NCBI RefSeq assembly: GCF_006345805.1 | Contig: NC_042999.1 | Coordinates: 15,748,001 to 15,812,000 of the forward strand | Reading direction: 5' to 3' | DNA: 64,000 nt | Source of the DNA: Octopus sinensis | Lineage: Eukaryota | Part shown: positions 13,125 through 27,649 of the stretch, piece after piece | Layout of the letters: each line of letters starts with the position of its first letter | Numbering within the stretch: position 1 is the stretch's first letter | Notes under the pieces: generated by a model | Databases searched by the model: none | Seen by the model: the letters and a program-made list of their open reading frames with translations, nothing else | What the model was told of the DNA's origin: nothing | Made by a program: the position numbers and the translations under genes

Positions 13125-13335
13125 CTACTATAGGCACAAGGCCTGAAATTTTGGGGAAGGGACTAGTCAATTACATTGACTCCCAGTGCTTCACTGGTAT
13201 TTAATTTATTAATCCTATAAAGATGAAAAGCAAAGTCAACCTCGACGGAATTTGAACTCAGAACATAGAGATGGGTGAAATACCACTGAGCATTTCATCC
13301 AGTGCGCTAACGATTCTGCCAGTTCACTGCCTTAG
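13125..13335 (-). mobile_element. tRNA-derived SINE family C (Meta-domain-like), plus a fragment at 12975-13035
   Basis: Reverse complement carries GAGTTCAAATTCC (B box) and GTTGACTTTGCTTTTCATCTTT...GAT. Confidence 0.75.
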
Positions 13336-14329
13336 TAATAATAATAATAATAGCCAATATAAATGTTTGTTGGCTGGTTGTTTGGTAGATAGCTTTTGTC
13401 ATACTTTATATCATAAAGAGAGAACAAGAGAAGGTAAAAGTGAGATACAGAGAGAGAGGCATCATAAGAAGTTGAAGTTGATAGAGGAATGCAGAAACTG
13501 ACATGCGGTGATACAGGGAAAGCTAGAGATGAGAAAGAGTTATGTAGTTGATAGATACCAAATGCATGACACATGCTTCCACACACATACACACACTCTT
13601 CTGTCCAAGTCACACACATACACACACTTAGAGGCATAACTGCAGTTTAATTAGAAAGATAAACTTGGTAAATAGTTTATAGGGTGAGATAATGGGTAAA
13701 AAAAATGCTAGGGAGAAAATATATTTAATAACAGCCAATGTTGGCAGCTGGTTGGTAAATTTCTCAAGTCACATTTTATATTATTTTGAGAAAAGAGGAG
13801 AGAAGTAAAAGAGAGCTACGGGGAGGATTAGCATAAGAGGCCTAGCATGAGTACTTTATACCTTTGAGAAAATTATGAGGCTATTAATGAAGTTTGTAGA
13901 GATAGGTTTCCAATGGAGTAGTCGTGATTGTACAAATAAAATTCAGAAAAATAATACCATATTTATTGCAAATATACAAATGAGAAATTCATTTTACTCA
14001 ACTTTATATTAATTTAATAGATACTTTTTTTAGTATTCATTTCATCATTTTGTAAAATCACAAAAAAATTTGATCAGATTTAAATTACAATTATTGCATA
14101 TATGCCACATTTCCTGATATTACTCATGGTAGCAAAAAATACTTCCAAAGTTTCCTATTATATGACAGGTAACACTCTAGCATATGTATTATGTAAAATA
14201 CGTAATATATATATACATATAAGGATGCATATTTATATATCCTTATAAACTGCTACAAAGGTAAAAGAGATATTACATAGAGAGAGAAAGTTGTTGAGAC
14301 ATCAAATAGTTGGACTAAATTATGAAGAT

Positions 14330-15500
14330 CATGGAGAGAGTCATTGCATAATTGATTAGAAACAGAAGTAGCCAAGTAAAACGCAGTTTGGCTTTATACC
14401 CAGGCTATGCTCTACAATCTGACAGTCACTAAGGAAACAAGGTGTAAAAGAAGGACTTGTGAGGGTTGTACAAAAGCTATGTACAAAAATGTAGTAAATA
14501 AAATGAGAGTCAACAATGACTTCAGAGATGAATTTATCATGCAAGTAGACATCCATCAAGAATCAGTCTTCAACATCCCTTCTATCCATCATTATCCTAC
14601 AGGCCATCACTGAAGAGTTTAAGACCAACTGTCCATGGAATTTCCTATATGCTGAGGATTTAGCTTTTACAACTCAATCTATAGTAGAATTAGAGAAAAA
14701 AAATCACCAGAAATGGAAGCAAAACTTAAAAGTGAGAAGTGTCAGTGTAAACTTTTCAAAAACTAAGGTGTTATCAAGTAAGAAAGAAGACGGGACTCTA
14801 GTAAGATCAGAGAAATGGCATTGTATGATAGGCTGAAAAGGAATAGGTAGGAATTCCATACACTTTACTCAGTGAATTCTACAGAGACACAACAGGTGTA
14901 GCGGAACCACCAGCAGGTTAATGGAGACAACATGCTTCGTATGAGGTAGTTGCACTGGAGCAATACATACATAAGAGTATAGCAGAAATAAATTTTCTTA
15001 TGTGCATGGATAGTTCACTTGAAATAATTGATAGCTTCTCTTACCTAGGTATCATAATTAGCAGAGGAGATACTATTCAGAAAGTTAAGTACCCAGGGTT
15101 AGAATGCATTGGAAAAAGTTCAGGTAGAATTGCCTCTCCAGGCAATTAAGATTTCTTTTGGGATGAAGGACAGATTATATGATTCTTATGGAAAAAGTGT
15201 TGCAATGCTCCATGGTAGTGAGTTGTAGACCTTGAAAGCAGAAGATGTGTGATGGTTGGAAACAAATGAAGCTAGCATGTTCCACTAGATGTGCATGAAT
15301 ACCAGAGTACAATTGAGCTGAGAGGGACACTGGCTATAAGAGAAATCAGGTGCAGTGTACAAGAAAGAAGGCTGCAATGTGATGTGCGGCATGTGATGTG
15401 CATGGCATTTGACTGTTGCATAAGTAAATGCAAACTGCTCCAAGTTAATGTGAAAGAGGAAGACCAAGGAGAATTTGGAATGAATTAGTGAAGGCTGAAT
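14330..15500 (+). pseudogene. RTE-clade LINE RT fragment, heavily decayed
   Basis: QFGFIP; AMYKNVVNKMRVNNDFRDEF; VDIHQESV; ITEEFKTNCPWNFLYAEDLA; FSYLG; MLHGSE. Confidence 0.75.
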
Positions 15501-15769
15501 CTCACAGAGGAGACAGCAATAGACTATAATGATTATTAATATGTGGTGATGCTGAAAATTCAATTACCCACAGAAAAATGTACTGTAGTAGGAGGGTAGT
15601 GTTTTGAGATTAGAATATTTTGTACCCTGCTAAGTCTACATTTGCAGACCCTTCATGACATCCTTTTCATCGACCTATTCCTCATCTCCCTTCTCATTCA
15701 CCTCTTTATCACTCAGTCCTCTATCTCTCATCTCCCAGTCACCTATGCTGACTGCATCAAACTCAGTAG

Positions 15770-15860
15770 ACTGGTGCAGACTTCTGCCTGGTTAGCTCTT
15801 GTCAAACCGTCCCACCTATGCCAGCATAGAAGGCAGATGTTAAACAATGATGATGATGAT
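15770..15860 (+). mobile_element. SINE family A 3' fragment
   Basis: gtcaaaccgtcccacctatgccagcatagaaggcagatgttaaacaatgatgatgat. Confidence 0.7.
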
Positions 15861-15917
15861 ATAATTTATATATATATATATATATAAATATAACAAATGT
15901 AATGCACTCTCTCTATA

Positions 15918-15948
<31 letters not shown>

Positions 15949-16269
15949 TAATCAGAGATCAAGATTTGATTAAGAAGTATATATAGAATAATAAAAGTAA
16001 ACTGACTTTCACTGGAACTGGAAAGAAACAGGCTAGGAAGAGAGTGTGGAATATGAAGAGTGTGTGGGGGAACACCTATATTATATAAGCCCTACACAAG
16101 GATTTTTAATCTAGTTGACAGCAATTAAGAAAGTGAATGTAGGGAAATTAACTGAACTATTGAGGATAGTCACCAAGAGGCATAAACTACCTGGAGAAAT
16201 AGGGTGTCAACTGAATAATAAATAGGATAGTCAACTGAATAATAAATCAAATATTACAATAGAAGATGG

Positions 16270-17030
16270 TCAAGCCAACGACTGGGTCTGCAGTATTATC
16301 ATAAAACTGCTATACGGGCAAAGAAGATGCATGGGAAAACAGAAACTGTAAAGGCATTAAACTGTTAGAACAGGTTATGAAAATTATAGAAAGCATAATG
16401 GCAAAACTGATTAGGGATAGGATTAGCTTTGATGAAATGTAGTTCAGCTTTGACCCAGGAAAACTACCACAGATGGCATATTATTAGTGGGACACATGCA
16501 AAAAAAGTACATATCTAGAAGTATACCCTTATATCAATCATTTATTGATCTGGAGAAGATTTTGGCAGAGTTCTTTGCTCTGTAATCTGATATTTACTAA
16601 CAAAACTAAAAGTTGATGAATGGTTTGTTTGGACTGTACAAGATAAGTATAGGAGGGCAAACAGCATAGTGAGAGTCACCAATGAGTTCAATGATGAATT
16701 TAATGTGTAGACATGAGTCCATCAGGACTCAGTTGTTAGCCTCCTCTTGTTTATTAGAGACCTTCAAGTCGTAACAGAGTAATTTAAGTCTAGTGTCCAA
16801 GGAAACTTTTGTGTGCTGAGGATTTGGCTCTTATAGTGGAAGCAATTAAAGAACTAAAGCAAAAATTCCAAACATAGAAGCAAGACCTGGAATTGAAGGG
16901 CTTTAATGTAAATATATCATAAGCGAAAATAGTAGGAAGGAGCATAAGGGAAATAGCTGTGGCTCATTTATGAGAAAGAGGGGTTGATAGGAATTCCATA
17001 AAATGTACCCACTGTAAACAATGCTCAACT
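16270..17030 (+). pseudogene. Second RTE-clade RT fragment
   Basis: KGIKLLEQVMK; FIDLEKIF; VHQDSVVSLLLF; degenerate YADD box. Paralogous to 14330-15500. Confidence 0.7.
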
Positions 17031-17299
17031 CCCAAGTAGTAGGCCAACCAAAACCTTGTGAGTGGATTTAGTAGACAGAAACTGAAAGGAGCTTATCATG
17101 TGTATGTGTTGTGTGTGTACGGGAAAGAGAGAGAGAGAGAGAAAAGAGAAGAGAGAGAGAAAAAGAGAGAGAGAGAGAGTGAGTGTTAGCATACCAATGT
17201 CAGGGTATTATATGATGGTTGTGAATGTGCATTATTGTCATATAAGCAAGGTTGTTTGTTTCCAATCTTCTGAGAAAACATATCTAGCTATGAGAAAAA

Positions 17300-17435
17300 A
17301 AACATTACTTTGCTTGGAAACAGGTGAAGGTTGGTGACAGGAAGACCATCAAGCCAAAGAAAATTTGCTTTGATAAATTCTAACCCAAGCAAGCATAGAA
17401 AAAAAATGGACCTTAAATGATGATGATGATGATGA
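17300..17435 (+). mobile_element. SINE family A, old copy
   Basis: ggttggtgacaggaagaccatc core and gaccttaaatgatgatgat tail. Confidence 0.6.
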
Positions 17436-17639
17436 TACACACACAGTCCAGTGTTCAAAAGCTGACAATCGTGTGGAAGAAGCTATCAGAATCACTACAC
17501 CCACAACTCGATATTTACAGCACACTCAGCTCTACTGTTCTTTGCTGGTTTAGTTTATTTAATTTAACTGAACTCTCAAAGAATCAATCTAACCTCTTTT
17601 CTGTCTACTTACTAACCCAATCATCTATTCAAATCTCCA

Positions 17640-17790
17640 CATGTCTATTTTCCTGCCTACTTACCTACCTAACTACCAATCTACCCTGCTACTTACCTAC
17701 CTCTCTTCCTCCTTACCTACCAACCTACCTACCTACCTACCTGTCTAACTAACTAACTACCTACCTATCTATCTACTTACCTACCTATCC
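17640..17790 (+). repeat. (TACC/TAAC/TATC)n tetranucleotide tract
   Basis: Direct reading. Confidence 0.9.
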
Positions 17791-18171
17791 CTCTATCAAT
17801 TCGTTTGTATCTCCTTGACTGTCAATATGTTTAAGTATTAAAACTTGAAATATCAGCAAAACTCTTATTGTCTATTGTCTGTCGTATTATTCAGATACAT
17901 TAGATGATTTCTGATATCTCATCATTTTAGTTAATATCAAGTTCTTATGATGCTACGCCACATTTATCTACAAAGATACTTTATTCACACACAAACAGTA
18001 TATGTGTAATTGTGTGTGTGTGTGTGTGTGTGTGTGCATGTGAATTTGAGTAAATATATAGTACATATATGCATATAATGTATATCTACATATATATATA
18101 TATGTATATCTACATACACACACATATATATATGTATATCTACATACACACACATATATATATGTATATCT

Positions 18172-18208
<37 letters not shown>

Positions 18209-18292
18209 GGTATAAAAATATATGTAAATATGTACAAGTATAAATATATAACGTATAAGACAGTTTAAAAGTTTTGAATTAATTATTTAAAG

Positions 18293-18384
18293 CATCTTAC
18301 GATCGTTTCACAGAAGTATTGTCCCTATAATGAAATCTTATATTGCTAAGCATTTATAGACAATGCTTCTGCTCTTCAGAGATA
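18293..18384 (-). ncRNA. Type I hammerhead, intact core, long stem II
   Basis: UAUCU CUGAAGA GCAGAAG-C-AUUGUC...GACAAU-A-CUUCUGU GAAAC GAUC GUA AGAUG. Stem III is the palindrome ACGAUCGU and the site is GUA. Confidence 0.85.
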
Positions 18385-18501
18385 TAAAATTTGAATTCTG
18401 TATAACATATCGAATGATAGTCCTTTTAAAAATTTGAAGAAAGCTATAAAATGGTGTTTGAAAGATAAATTAAAAATTAAAAATATATATATATATATAT
18501 A

Positions 18502-19389
18502 CAGGGTGCAATGGGTAAACTGTTGCCATCTTATACTTTTAATTTCACGCATGTGCATTGCTTGTTTTTGATTTTGCTGACTACTCAGTATAGTAGGGCC
18601 AGTTGGGCACCATCAGTGACAAACACAGCACCATAACACAATTCATTCTGCCATTAATTTAGCAATGACATGCTGTACTGCTTGGCATTCACACCAGAAG
18701 TTCCAATATGAACATGTCAGGGTGTTTGAGTGTCAATCTGAGGACAGTACAATCTCAGGATATGTACTGAGAGTAAGAAAAATCAAATATCCAGTCCACA
18801 TCGTGGGGTTTGGAGTGATCACTAGTGATGGCGACGTTATGCCTCCATTTGTCTTCCCACACAGACTTAGACTCAACACAGAAGCCTACATCAAGTACCT
18901 GGAAGAGGTAATGCTGCCCTGGGTGAAGAGGGTGGCTGCTGGAAGACTATGTCTGGCAACAGGACTCTGTACCTTGCTACACAAGCAAGAGAACCCAGCT
19001 ATGGTTGTCAGATAATTTCTGCGACCATATCGACCGTAACATCTGACTGCATAACTCCCCACTCTGCAACCGCCTTGATTATTATGTGTGGGGTGCAGTT
19101 GAGCAAGAAACCAACAAAACTTCTTGTAACACCAGAGATGAACTGAAGGCAAGGATTATGGCAGCATTCACCAACTTAAACAAGGAGACCATCCAGAAGA
19201 GTTGCAGGAGATTCCAAAATCGTCTGGAGTTTGTGGTTGAAGCCAATGACGATTTTACTGAATAAATTTACTCTTTAGTATTTCAAGATATTTTTTATGC
19301 AATTTTGGTAAATATATCTTTTAAAATGAGATGTCAGTGCTATTTTCATTTTTGCGTAATTTACACAACAGTTTATTCAGCACACCCTG
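18502..19389 (+). mobile_element. Internally deleted Tc1/mariner DD37D (maT-type) transposon
   Basis: Imperfect TIRs CAGGGTG-N7-TAAACTGTTG with TA flanks. Residues KYPVHIVGFGVITSDG and QQDSVPCYTS...NRLDYYVWG; I count 37 residues between the last two Asp, including one stop. Confidence 0.85.
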
Positions 19390-21324
19390 TACACACACAC
19401 ACACAAACATATAACATAAAATATTTGTATACAGATAAATATAACACACACACGCACACACACAAACATACAAAATATTTGCGTAAAGATAAATATGACA
19501 CATACACACACATGTACATACATGCAAACATATACATAATACGTGATAGAATTGAAACCGGTATTGGGTAAGACTAGTGCTTGCTAATCAGCTGCAAAAT
19601 AAAGATGTGATGACATTTTAGTTCAGCTGATGGTATGTACTTTTTACCATAGTTACAACATAAAAGTCTTTTCTCATTGAAACACAGTGCAGGATTATAA
19701 CATTAGGTATTGTGTACAGACGTGACTTTTTAGCTCACTGATTACAAGACCATTTATTGCTTGATTGTCAAGTGTATATCCTTTCAAGTGGCAAAAATTT
19801 CCAAGCAGACATTGATTCATGTACCTTTGAGCAGTTAACAAGATCAATGTTAGAGAAACTCAGGAATAGGGCAAACATTTAAAGAGATTATTACTTTCTC
19901 TCTGTATTTTCCTCTTACCTGATTTAATGATGAATATTTATTGTGATTATCTTTGAACCGAATGGATGATTCACTACATTTTCTTTCAATGATGCACTAT
20001 CAAGTACAAAGTATTCCCAACTTACCCCATAAATACTACATTTCATGTCCAATTTGCAGCAGTCCTTGTAGATCATCTTTGGTTTTTAACAAGGCCTTTT
20101 CCTAGAAAATAATTCTCTATACAATAGAACCTATGGAATTCTTCCATCGCATATAAAACTACAAAAATTGCCAATCTCTGCCTGCTACATTGCAAAACAG
20201 CTTCTATACTTATGTCATTGCTCACATTGTCTCTCCGAGGTATATTTAAAATTTGGCAAAACCATTTTTACAGAAAATATTTCAACCGATTAACATGTCT
20301 TACAACAAAACAGACAAATCCATTTTGTATTGTATCAAACAGATTTTAATTTTGACTGTGTTGCTTATGTGGGCCTATTTGTTAAGGCAGTAAAGTTGGC
20401 ATATGCTTATTATTATCCTCAAAGCAGTCCTTGTGTTTGGATTGTGTAAACCTGGGTACTTTTGAAATTTGGTAAACATTTTTTAAAGACATCCCATTTG
20501 GAAGTATCTGCCAATAAATATAAATCTTTGCTCAAAATATAGCCTGACAGATTTTTCAATAAGCTTATAACATCAAAACTTTTTATGCAATGAAATTTTA
20601 ATAATTTGATTTGGCCCTTAATTTGACCTTCAGTTTATTTTATCTCTCACATCATTCAGATCTTTTCTTGTAATTTGAACATAATCATATTACCATTTCT
20701 TGGGGCCAAGGTGCATCCAAGTTAGTTTATGAATCTCTTTATGTTACAAAAATGAAATTAAATTCTATGAAAATTTGCAGCAAAAGTAAAACATTGAGGT
20801 TTGACTTTGGTTATTTCATCACATGATTCTCAAAGCAGTCTCATATTTCAAAGTTTGCACCGACTTATGAACTGAGGTTGCTCAAGGATTATTACTTTGC
20901 CTCCAACCAGAATTTTTAGAATAAAACATGTGACAACACAAAAGTCCAAGCCAAGCTTACATTGTCATCATCCTCGTTGTCATCATTTTACATCCACTTT
21001 TTGTTCATGCATGGGGTAGATGCTTCAACATAGTCTGGGTTAGCATTTATTTGGGGTTATTTTCCCTCCTAGATGAGTTGGGAGAATATATCTAACTGGA
21101 ATGATAATAGTTTTTCATGGTTTCTATGCTGGATGTCCTTCCTATCATCAACCACGTTATAGGATGCATTGGGTGTATTTTAATCACAGTACCATGATAA
21201 GGTTGTTATGTCTACAATATGGTTCCTCTGTCTCTTAGGTTACTTCTATATTGGCATTCATCACTCTTGCATGCTGCATTCAGAGATCCATCTCTCTCTC
21301 TCTCCCTCACACACACCACCACCA

Positions 21325-21612
21325 TCCAAACGTGGCTGATGCCAGTGCCACCTTGACTGGTGTCCGTGCCGGTGGCACGTAAAAAGCACTAACCGATCGT
21401 GGCCATTGCCAGCCTCCTTTAGCCCCTGTGTCGGTGGCACGTAAAAAGCACCCACTACACTTATGGAGTGGTTGGTGTTAGGAAGGGCATCCAACTACAG
21501 AAACACTGCCAGCTCAAACTGGAGCCTGGTGCAGCATCCTAGCTTCCCAGATCCCAGTCAAACCGTCCAACCCGTGCTAGCATAGAAAACAGACGTTAAG
21601 AGATGATGATGA
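21325..21612 (+). mobile_element. SINE family A with a short array
   Basis: Two GTGCCGGTGGCACGTAAAAAGCAC units, the core and a GAT tail. Confidence 0.85.
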
Positions 21613-22383
21613 TAATGGTATGACTAAGAGTGTTCTTCTCTCTACATTCTCTCTACTCTTATGCCAACCACTTTATTGAGTGCACTCTGTGCATTTATCA
21701 TAGCACCAATACTGCAGAGATTATCATGTCCTAAGCAAAAAAAAAATTAAGGGCCATCTCAAACCTACATTACCTCAACTCATTTACCAACTACTTTAAA
21801 AAACATACTGGGTGTGTTCTGTCATGTCAACAGCATAACTGTTGTTGCCATGCACCTTACAAAACACAAGAGATGCTTATTATTCTACACTGTCTCCATA
21901 AATGTGAAAGGCAATGTGAATAAAAAAGAATGGGTAGAAGACAAGGATTGCTAAGGAAGAATTAGAATGGAATAGAGTATGAAGCATGTATATGAAGGGA
22001 GAACAGCATGACTGAGATGACAGTTGGAAAAAGAGAATGAGAGAAAGTTAGAAGCAGAAATGGAATAGAGGGCACTGTGTTGGTACAGTGTAATGAAACA
22101 GTCATGGTGAGGAGGAATTTGTAAAGAGGAGTGACGGATAAATATAAAAAATTTTCAGTGGTAAAAGTGTGTTGGATCTCACAGTGAGCAGAAGCGAGTA
22201 GTATAAAACGCTAATGTTAGAAAGTGTGAAAGGACAAGAGTTATGAGTTCCTGAAATGGCAATGGAAAGACAATGATGGATACCTGACTGAAATGGAGTG
22301 GAAGTTGGGGCATAATATCAGATGCAAGCTTTCATTAGCATAGCATTGTGATAGAGAAAACACAAATGGTAGATATATATTGC

Positions 22384-22422
<39 letters not shown>

Positions 22423-22971
22423 TTGGAGCAAGAATCAGTTGCCAACAGTTTCATTGAAATTTCTCAAAGCTGGAGTATCATGATGAAAGGTGTGGAATAT
22501 ATTAAATGCTGGAGAGAGAGAAATAGATAGAGAGAGAGAGAAAGTATTTGTTTGTGAGTAAGTGTGTGTGTGTGTGAGAGAGAGAGAGAGATGGATGGAT
22601 CTCTGTGAATGCAGCATGCAAGAGTGATGAATGCCAATATAGAAGTAACCTAAGAGACAGAGGAATCATAGGTGAAAAGTGCAGGTGCAAAGCAATGAGT
22701 ACAATGGAGATTAACAAATCCAAAGCGATCCCTCTCGCTCAAGCAGTGTGGTGGGTGGCAGAAAACATTAAGTGAAATACAGACGTTGACAGAGATGGCA
22801 ATTGAGCATGCACAGATCTAGTGCTTCTTACATTTGATGAGTGGGAAGGTGAAATATATATACTACACTAACACACAGGTATATATATGTTGGTACATAC
22901 AGTATATCCATTATACTTTCTACCCAAGAACTGTGAGAAACACATTTGTATTTTGTTCAAGCATGACTGTG

Positions 22972-23034
22972 TCATATATATATATATATATATATACACA
23001 CCACACACACACATATATATATACACACACACAC

Positions 23035-23065
<31 letters not shown>

Positions 23066-23393
23066 TATTTACACACACACACACATACATATATATAAAC
23101 ATACACACACATATATATATACACACACACATACATACATATACACACACACACACACATACATATACACACACACACACACATATATATAATACACACA
23201 CACACACACATATATATATACACACACACACACACATATATATACACACACACACACACATACATATATATATACACACACACACACATACATATATATA
23301 CACACACACACACATACATATATATATACACACACACACACATACATATATATACACACACACACACATATATATACACACACACACACATAC

Positions 23394-23426
<33 letters not shown>

Positions 23427-23668
23427 CACACACACACACACATACATATATATACACACACACACACCACATACATATATATATACACCACACACACACA
23501 TATATATATACACCACACACACATACATATATATATACACACACACATACATATATATACACACACACACACACACATACATATATATACACACACACAC
23601 ACCACACACACATACATATATATCACACACACACACACACATACATACATATACACACACACACACAC

Positions 23669-23720
<52 letters not shown>
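22972..23720. repeat. ~750-bp compound (CA)/(TA) microsatellite
   Basis: Direct reading. It accounts for the spurious HT- and CV-rich ORFs. Confidence 0.97.
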
Positions 23721-23723
<3 letters not shown>

Positions 23724-23759
23724 CGGCAATCATTTCAATCTATTTGTATTTCCATATCT

Positions 23760-23810
23760 TTCATCTGATAAATATGATTAGTGAAAGATTATTGAAACAT
23801 ATGTAATCAA
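23760..23810 (+). ncRNA. Degenerate hammerhead (CUGAUAA core)
   Basis: UUCAU CUGAUAA ... GAAAC AUAU GUA AUCAA. Homologous to 32549-32601. Confidence 0.45.
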
Positions 23811-26800
23811 AGACTCAGAATATCATTAACTTGTTTCTTGTGTTTATTTCAACTATATGTAACTCTAGTTACTACGTTAAAGCTTGAGTACAGATTGGTG
23901 CCACTTTATACAATGCATTATAAAAACAGGAGTTTAATAAGGTTCAAATATATTTTTTGTCTTTCCTCAATATGTATTTTTTCCTGGCAATAATTTATCA
24001 AGGTTCAATTTTATTTTACATGTGAACATTAACTCTGCTGGTGGCTTATCTGAATTAGTATTTGGATTTGGCATTATTCTATATACTCTCAAAACTTTCG
24101 TTAGTGCCTCATCATTAACTAGCTCATTCCTAGCTTTTCTTAGAACTCTTTCGAATGAGTTGACAAAACTTTTCGCCTGCCCGTTTGACCTTGTGTAGTA
24201 GGGTAGGGGTAAAGGTGTGCTTTATGGAATGTATTTTGCGGAAATTTCTTAATTCATATCCTGTGAATTGTGTTCCATTATCTGAAACTAATGTGTCTGG
24301 AACACTGTATTGAGCAAGTAATTCGAGCAGGAACTTTCCTGTTGTCTTTGCAGTGGGTTTATAACATCTGCATACTTCTGGCCACTTTGTATAGCTATCC
24401 ACAATGATTTGATAGTATGCACCATTCACTGGTCCAGCACAGTCAATATGTATCCTGGACCATGGGCTCTCAGTCTCCAGCCACAATTGGTATTTTACTG
24501 GCAATGCTTTGGTTGTCAACATGTAACCTCTACATGCTTTCACCAATTTCTCAATGTCCCTGTCCATAGTTGGCCAATATAAAGCTTTCATTCTAGACAT
24601 TCCCAGGTGCCCACAGTAGAATTGTTGCAATACTCATTTCTTTAGTGCACTTGGTACTACTACTCACTGTGCATACATTATGACATTGTCACATAGCAAG
24701 AAATTATTTGAAGTTGTATTTTTATTATGCTTATTTTCCAATGTTGCTTTCACTCTTGTAATGTAACTATTCTCTATAGATTTCATTTTTATATCATGCA
24801 CTGTCACCAGCAGTTCCTGGACATGCTTTATGTATTTCAGGTATTTCTTCCAGATATTCAACCTGTTTTCTTTTCCTGAAGCTAGTTGTACGCAATTCAA
24901 TATCTCTTGGTGCTGGCACTTCAAACATATCACAGAAGACTTCCATTGGTATAACTCTTCATTTTTCTGTATGTCTCATTGTTAACTGGTTAAGGTGTCT
25001 CTTATGTTCCAAACGTTGTCCTTTAATTAAATACCTCATGTTACTTAATCTTTTGACAATATTTCTTACTTAAATTTCTGACTGCAATGATGCTGTCACA
25101 GTCTCTTCTAGCAATTCCTCACTCTTGGAAATTAGCTGCAATAAACAAACTGCATGACTAATTTTTTTCAATGGAATATACTGCATCTTAAAGTTGTAGT
25201 TCAACAATATTGTGTGCCAGCATTGTAGTTGCGGTGCTGTATGGGTAGGCTATCCCTTCTTTGAGCCAAAAATTGATAGTAATGGTCAATGGTCAGTTTG
25301 TAATAAAAAACGTCTGCCATGTAGAAATTTGTGAAACTTTTTTACTGCAAAAATAACCGATAGAGCCTCCTTCTGTAACTAACTATACTTTTTTTCCACA
25401 GCTATCAGCGAACATGAAGCATACTTGTGTAGCAAGACCATTCCTATTCCATACTCTGAAGCATCAGATGCTACAACAATGTCCATTCTAGGATTGAAAT
25501 GTGCTAGTGACAAGTCAGAAATTAGTATTTTCTGTATCTCTTCTGACCAATTCTATTTTATTTCTTTTTTTAATAAATTGTTTAAATGGTGCTTTCAATT
25601 TATGTAATTTACTAGGCCAAGGGAAACTTGTAATGTCGGTATATTCTTTGGAGGAGGCATATTCTTGAGTGTGTCTGCCCTCAATGGGTCAGGACATCTT
25701 CCATTCTTATCTATGATTTGACCTAGGTATTTGATTTTAGGCAAAAAAATTTCACACTTCCCTTCAGTGAGTGTGAAACCATAATTCTTAAATTTTTTAA
25801 AAACACTCTTCTCATGTTTGATATGCTCATTCTGCAATTCGCTTTTGATTAACACGTCGTCAAGGTAAGGAATAGCAAATTGACAGTCTGCCAACATCGC
25901 GTCCATCACCTGTTGAAATATTGCAGGTGCTACCTTCAGTCCAAAAGGTAGTCTATTGTATTTGTATGGACATCTGTGTGTGGTGACTGTTAACAGCTTT
26001 GAGCACTTTTTATCTACTTTGATTTGTAGATATGCATCAGACATATGGGATCGGTAGTGGATAATGGTTCATTTTTAAACAGTCATTTAAACCGGTCAAA
26101 AGATCGGTACACAACCTAATTTTGTTATTTTTTTAAATACATAGTCAGAGCTTCCCATTTCACATAATCCACTTTTTCAATGATTCTGTTTCTTTTCCCA
26201 ATCTGTCTAACTCATTGTCCACTTGCCTTATTTCCACAAAAGGCACTTTCTTATTAGGCTTGAACACAGGTGCAACATTATCATCTAATTCAAAACATGC
26301 TTCAGTCTTTGTGCACAGACCTAGTTTCTCAAAGAGTACTTATAAAAGCATTAAAAAAAATTTTCTCTGTTCCTCTTCAGACAAATTACTTTTAGAGGTA
26401 CAACCATTTATGTTTTTACAATAGAGATTTATGGGGAGGTCCCATAAATCAAATAATTCTAACCAATTGGTACCAAACAGGTCAGTTGCATTTTTAGCGA
26501 TGAAGACTTTTGCCATGCATGTTTTCCCTCAAAATGAGACATTAGTCCACATTTCATTTTATGAAATGTAATATGTCACCCATCATGCAATGAGCAGATT
26601 TTGCGGTTTTCCTCAACATAAGTTTCCTTATTTTCTTCCATATGTCCATATTTATTATTGAAATATCACTTCCAGTATCCTATTGAAGTTTAATATGTAT
26701 TCCATATATTTTTACGTGTACGAATTTTCTTATTTGGGAATCGATTTTTGTTTCTGCTGAGAGCACTCTAGGATTTTTAACGTTTGATCTTCGTAATTTT

Positions 26801-27649
26801 GTTCTCCAGTGTGAACTCATGACCAATTCTTTTGCAACTGTAACTTTTTGATTTTTAAATGGACAGTCTTTGCCGAAATGTATGTCCCCACATCCATAAC
26901 ATGGATTAGGACAGGGTGCTCTTTTCTGTTTGTAATTTTCTGGTCAGCATATGTGCATTTTTGAGGAATCCTTTTCTTGAATTTTTCTACATTGTGTTTC
27001 AGGTTTATGATCGTTTGGTATTATTTTGCCATGGACTGTAAAGTTAGATCTTGGTTTGCTTGTTCCAATTTAGAGAGAATTTTTGCCCAAATTTCTGTAT
27101 ATTCATTTGCTGTAAGGCCTTGTGTGAAAAATAAGACATTTGAACATCTCAGATGTAAGTTCTTTGAGTTTAAAACTTTCACACATCCTGTTGACTGTTC
27201 CTGTATATAAGATAAATTCATCATTCTCTTTTTCGTTATATTCCGACACTCCAATCAAGTGTTAAATAGAGAAGTTTTATCACCAAATATGTTAGACAGT
27301 AATGCTATTGTTTCTTTAAAACAAATTTCATTGGGTTTTTTGGGGCGATACGAAATTACAATAACATTCATGCTCTAATGGAGCCAATTTTCACAATAAC
27401 AATCTCACTTTTTGTTCATCAGACCATGATTTGCAATCTTGCTTAAAAATCTCCTCATACCTGCTGTAGTATGATGCAAAATTTATACCCTCCTCTGGGT
27501 TATGACTGAATTCATTAATCGAGTTTGAAACACCATCTGGTGAAAATGAACCTACTTCATTTTAGGGCTTCTTTCAATGTAGATCCAATAATTATTGTTG
27601 CTGCAATAGTTGCTTCTGCAACTCCTGTTGCTACTCTTGCTGTTGCTTT

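Noticed and set aside
19535-19566. GAAACCGGTA with a TGATAG upstream
   Set aside because: The core and stem II are missing.
22834-23781. Long ORFs up to 315 aa rich in HT, YI or CV
   Set aside because: They are translations of CA/TA microsatellites. The same applies near 18.0, 38.4, 44.0-45.0 and 46.5 kb.
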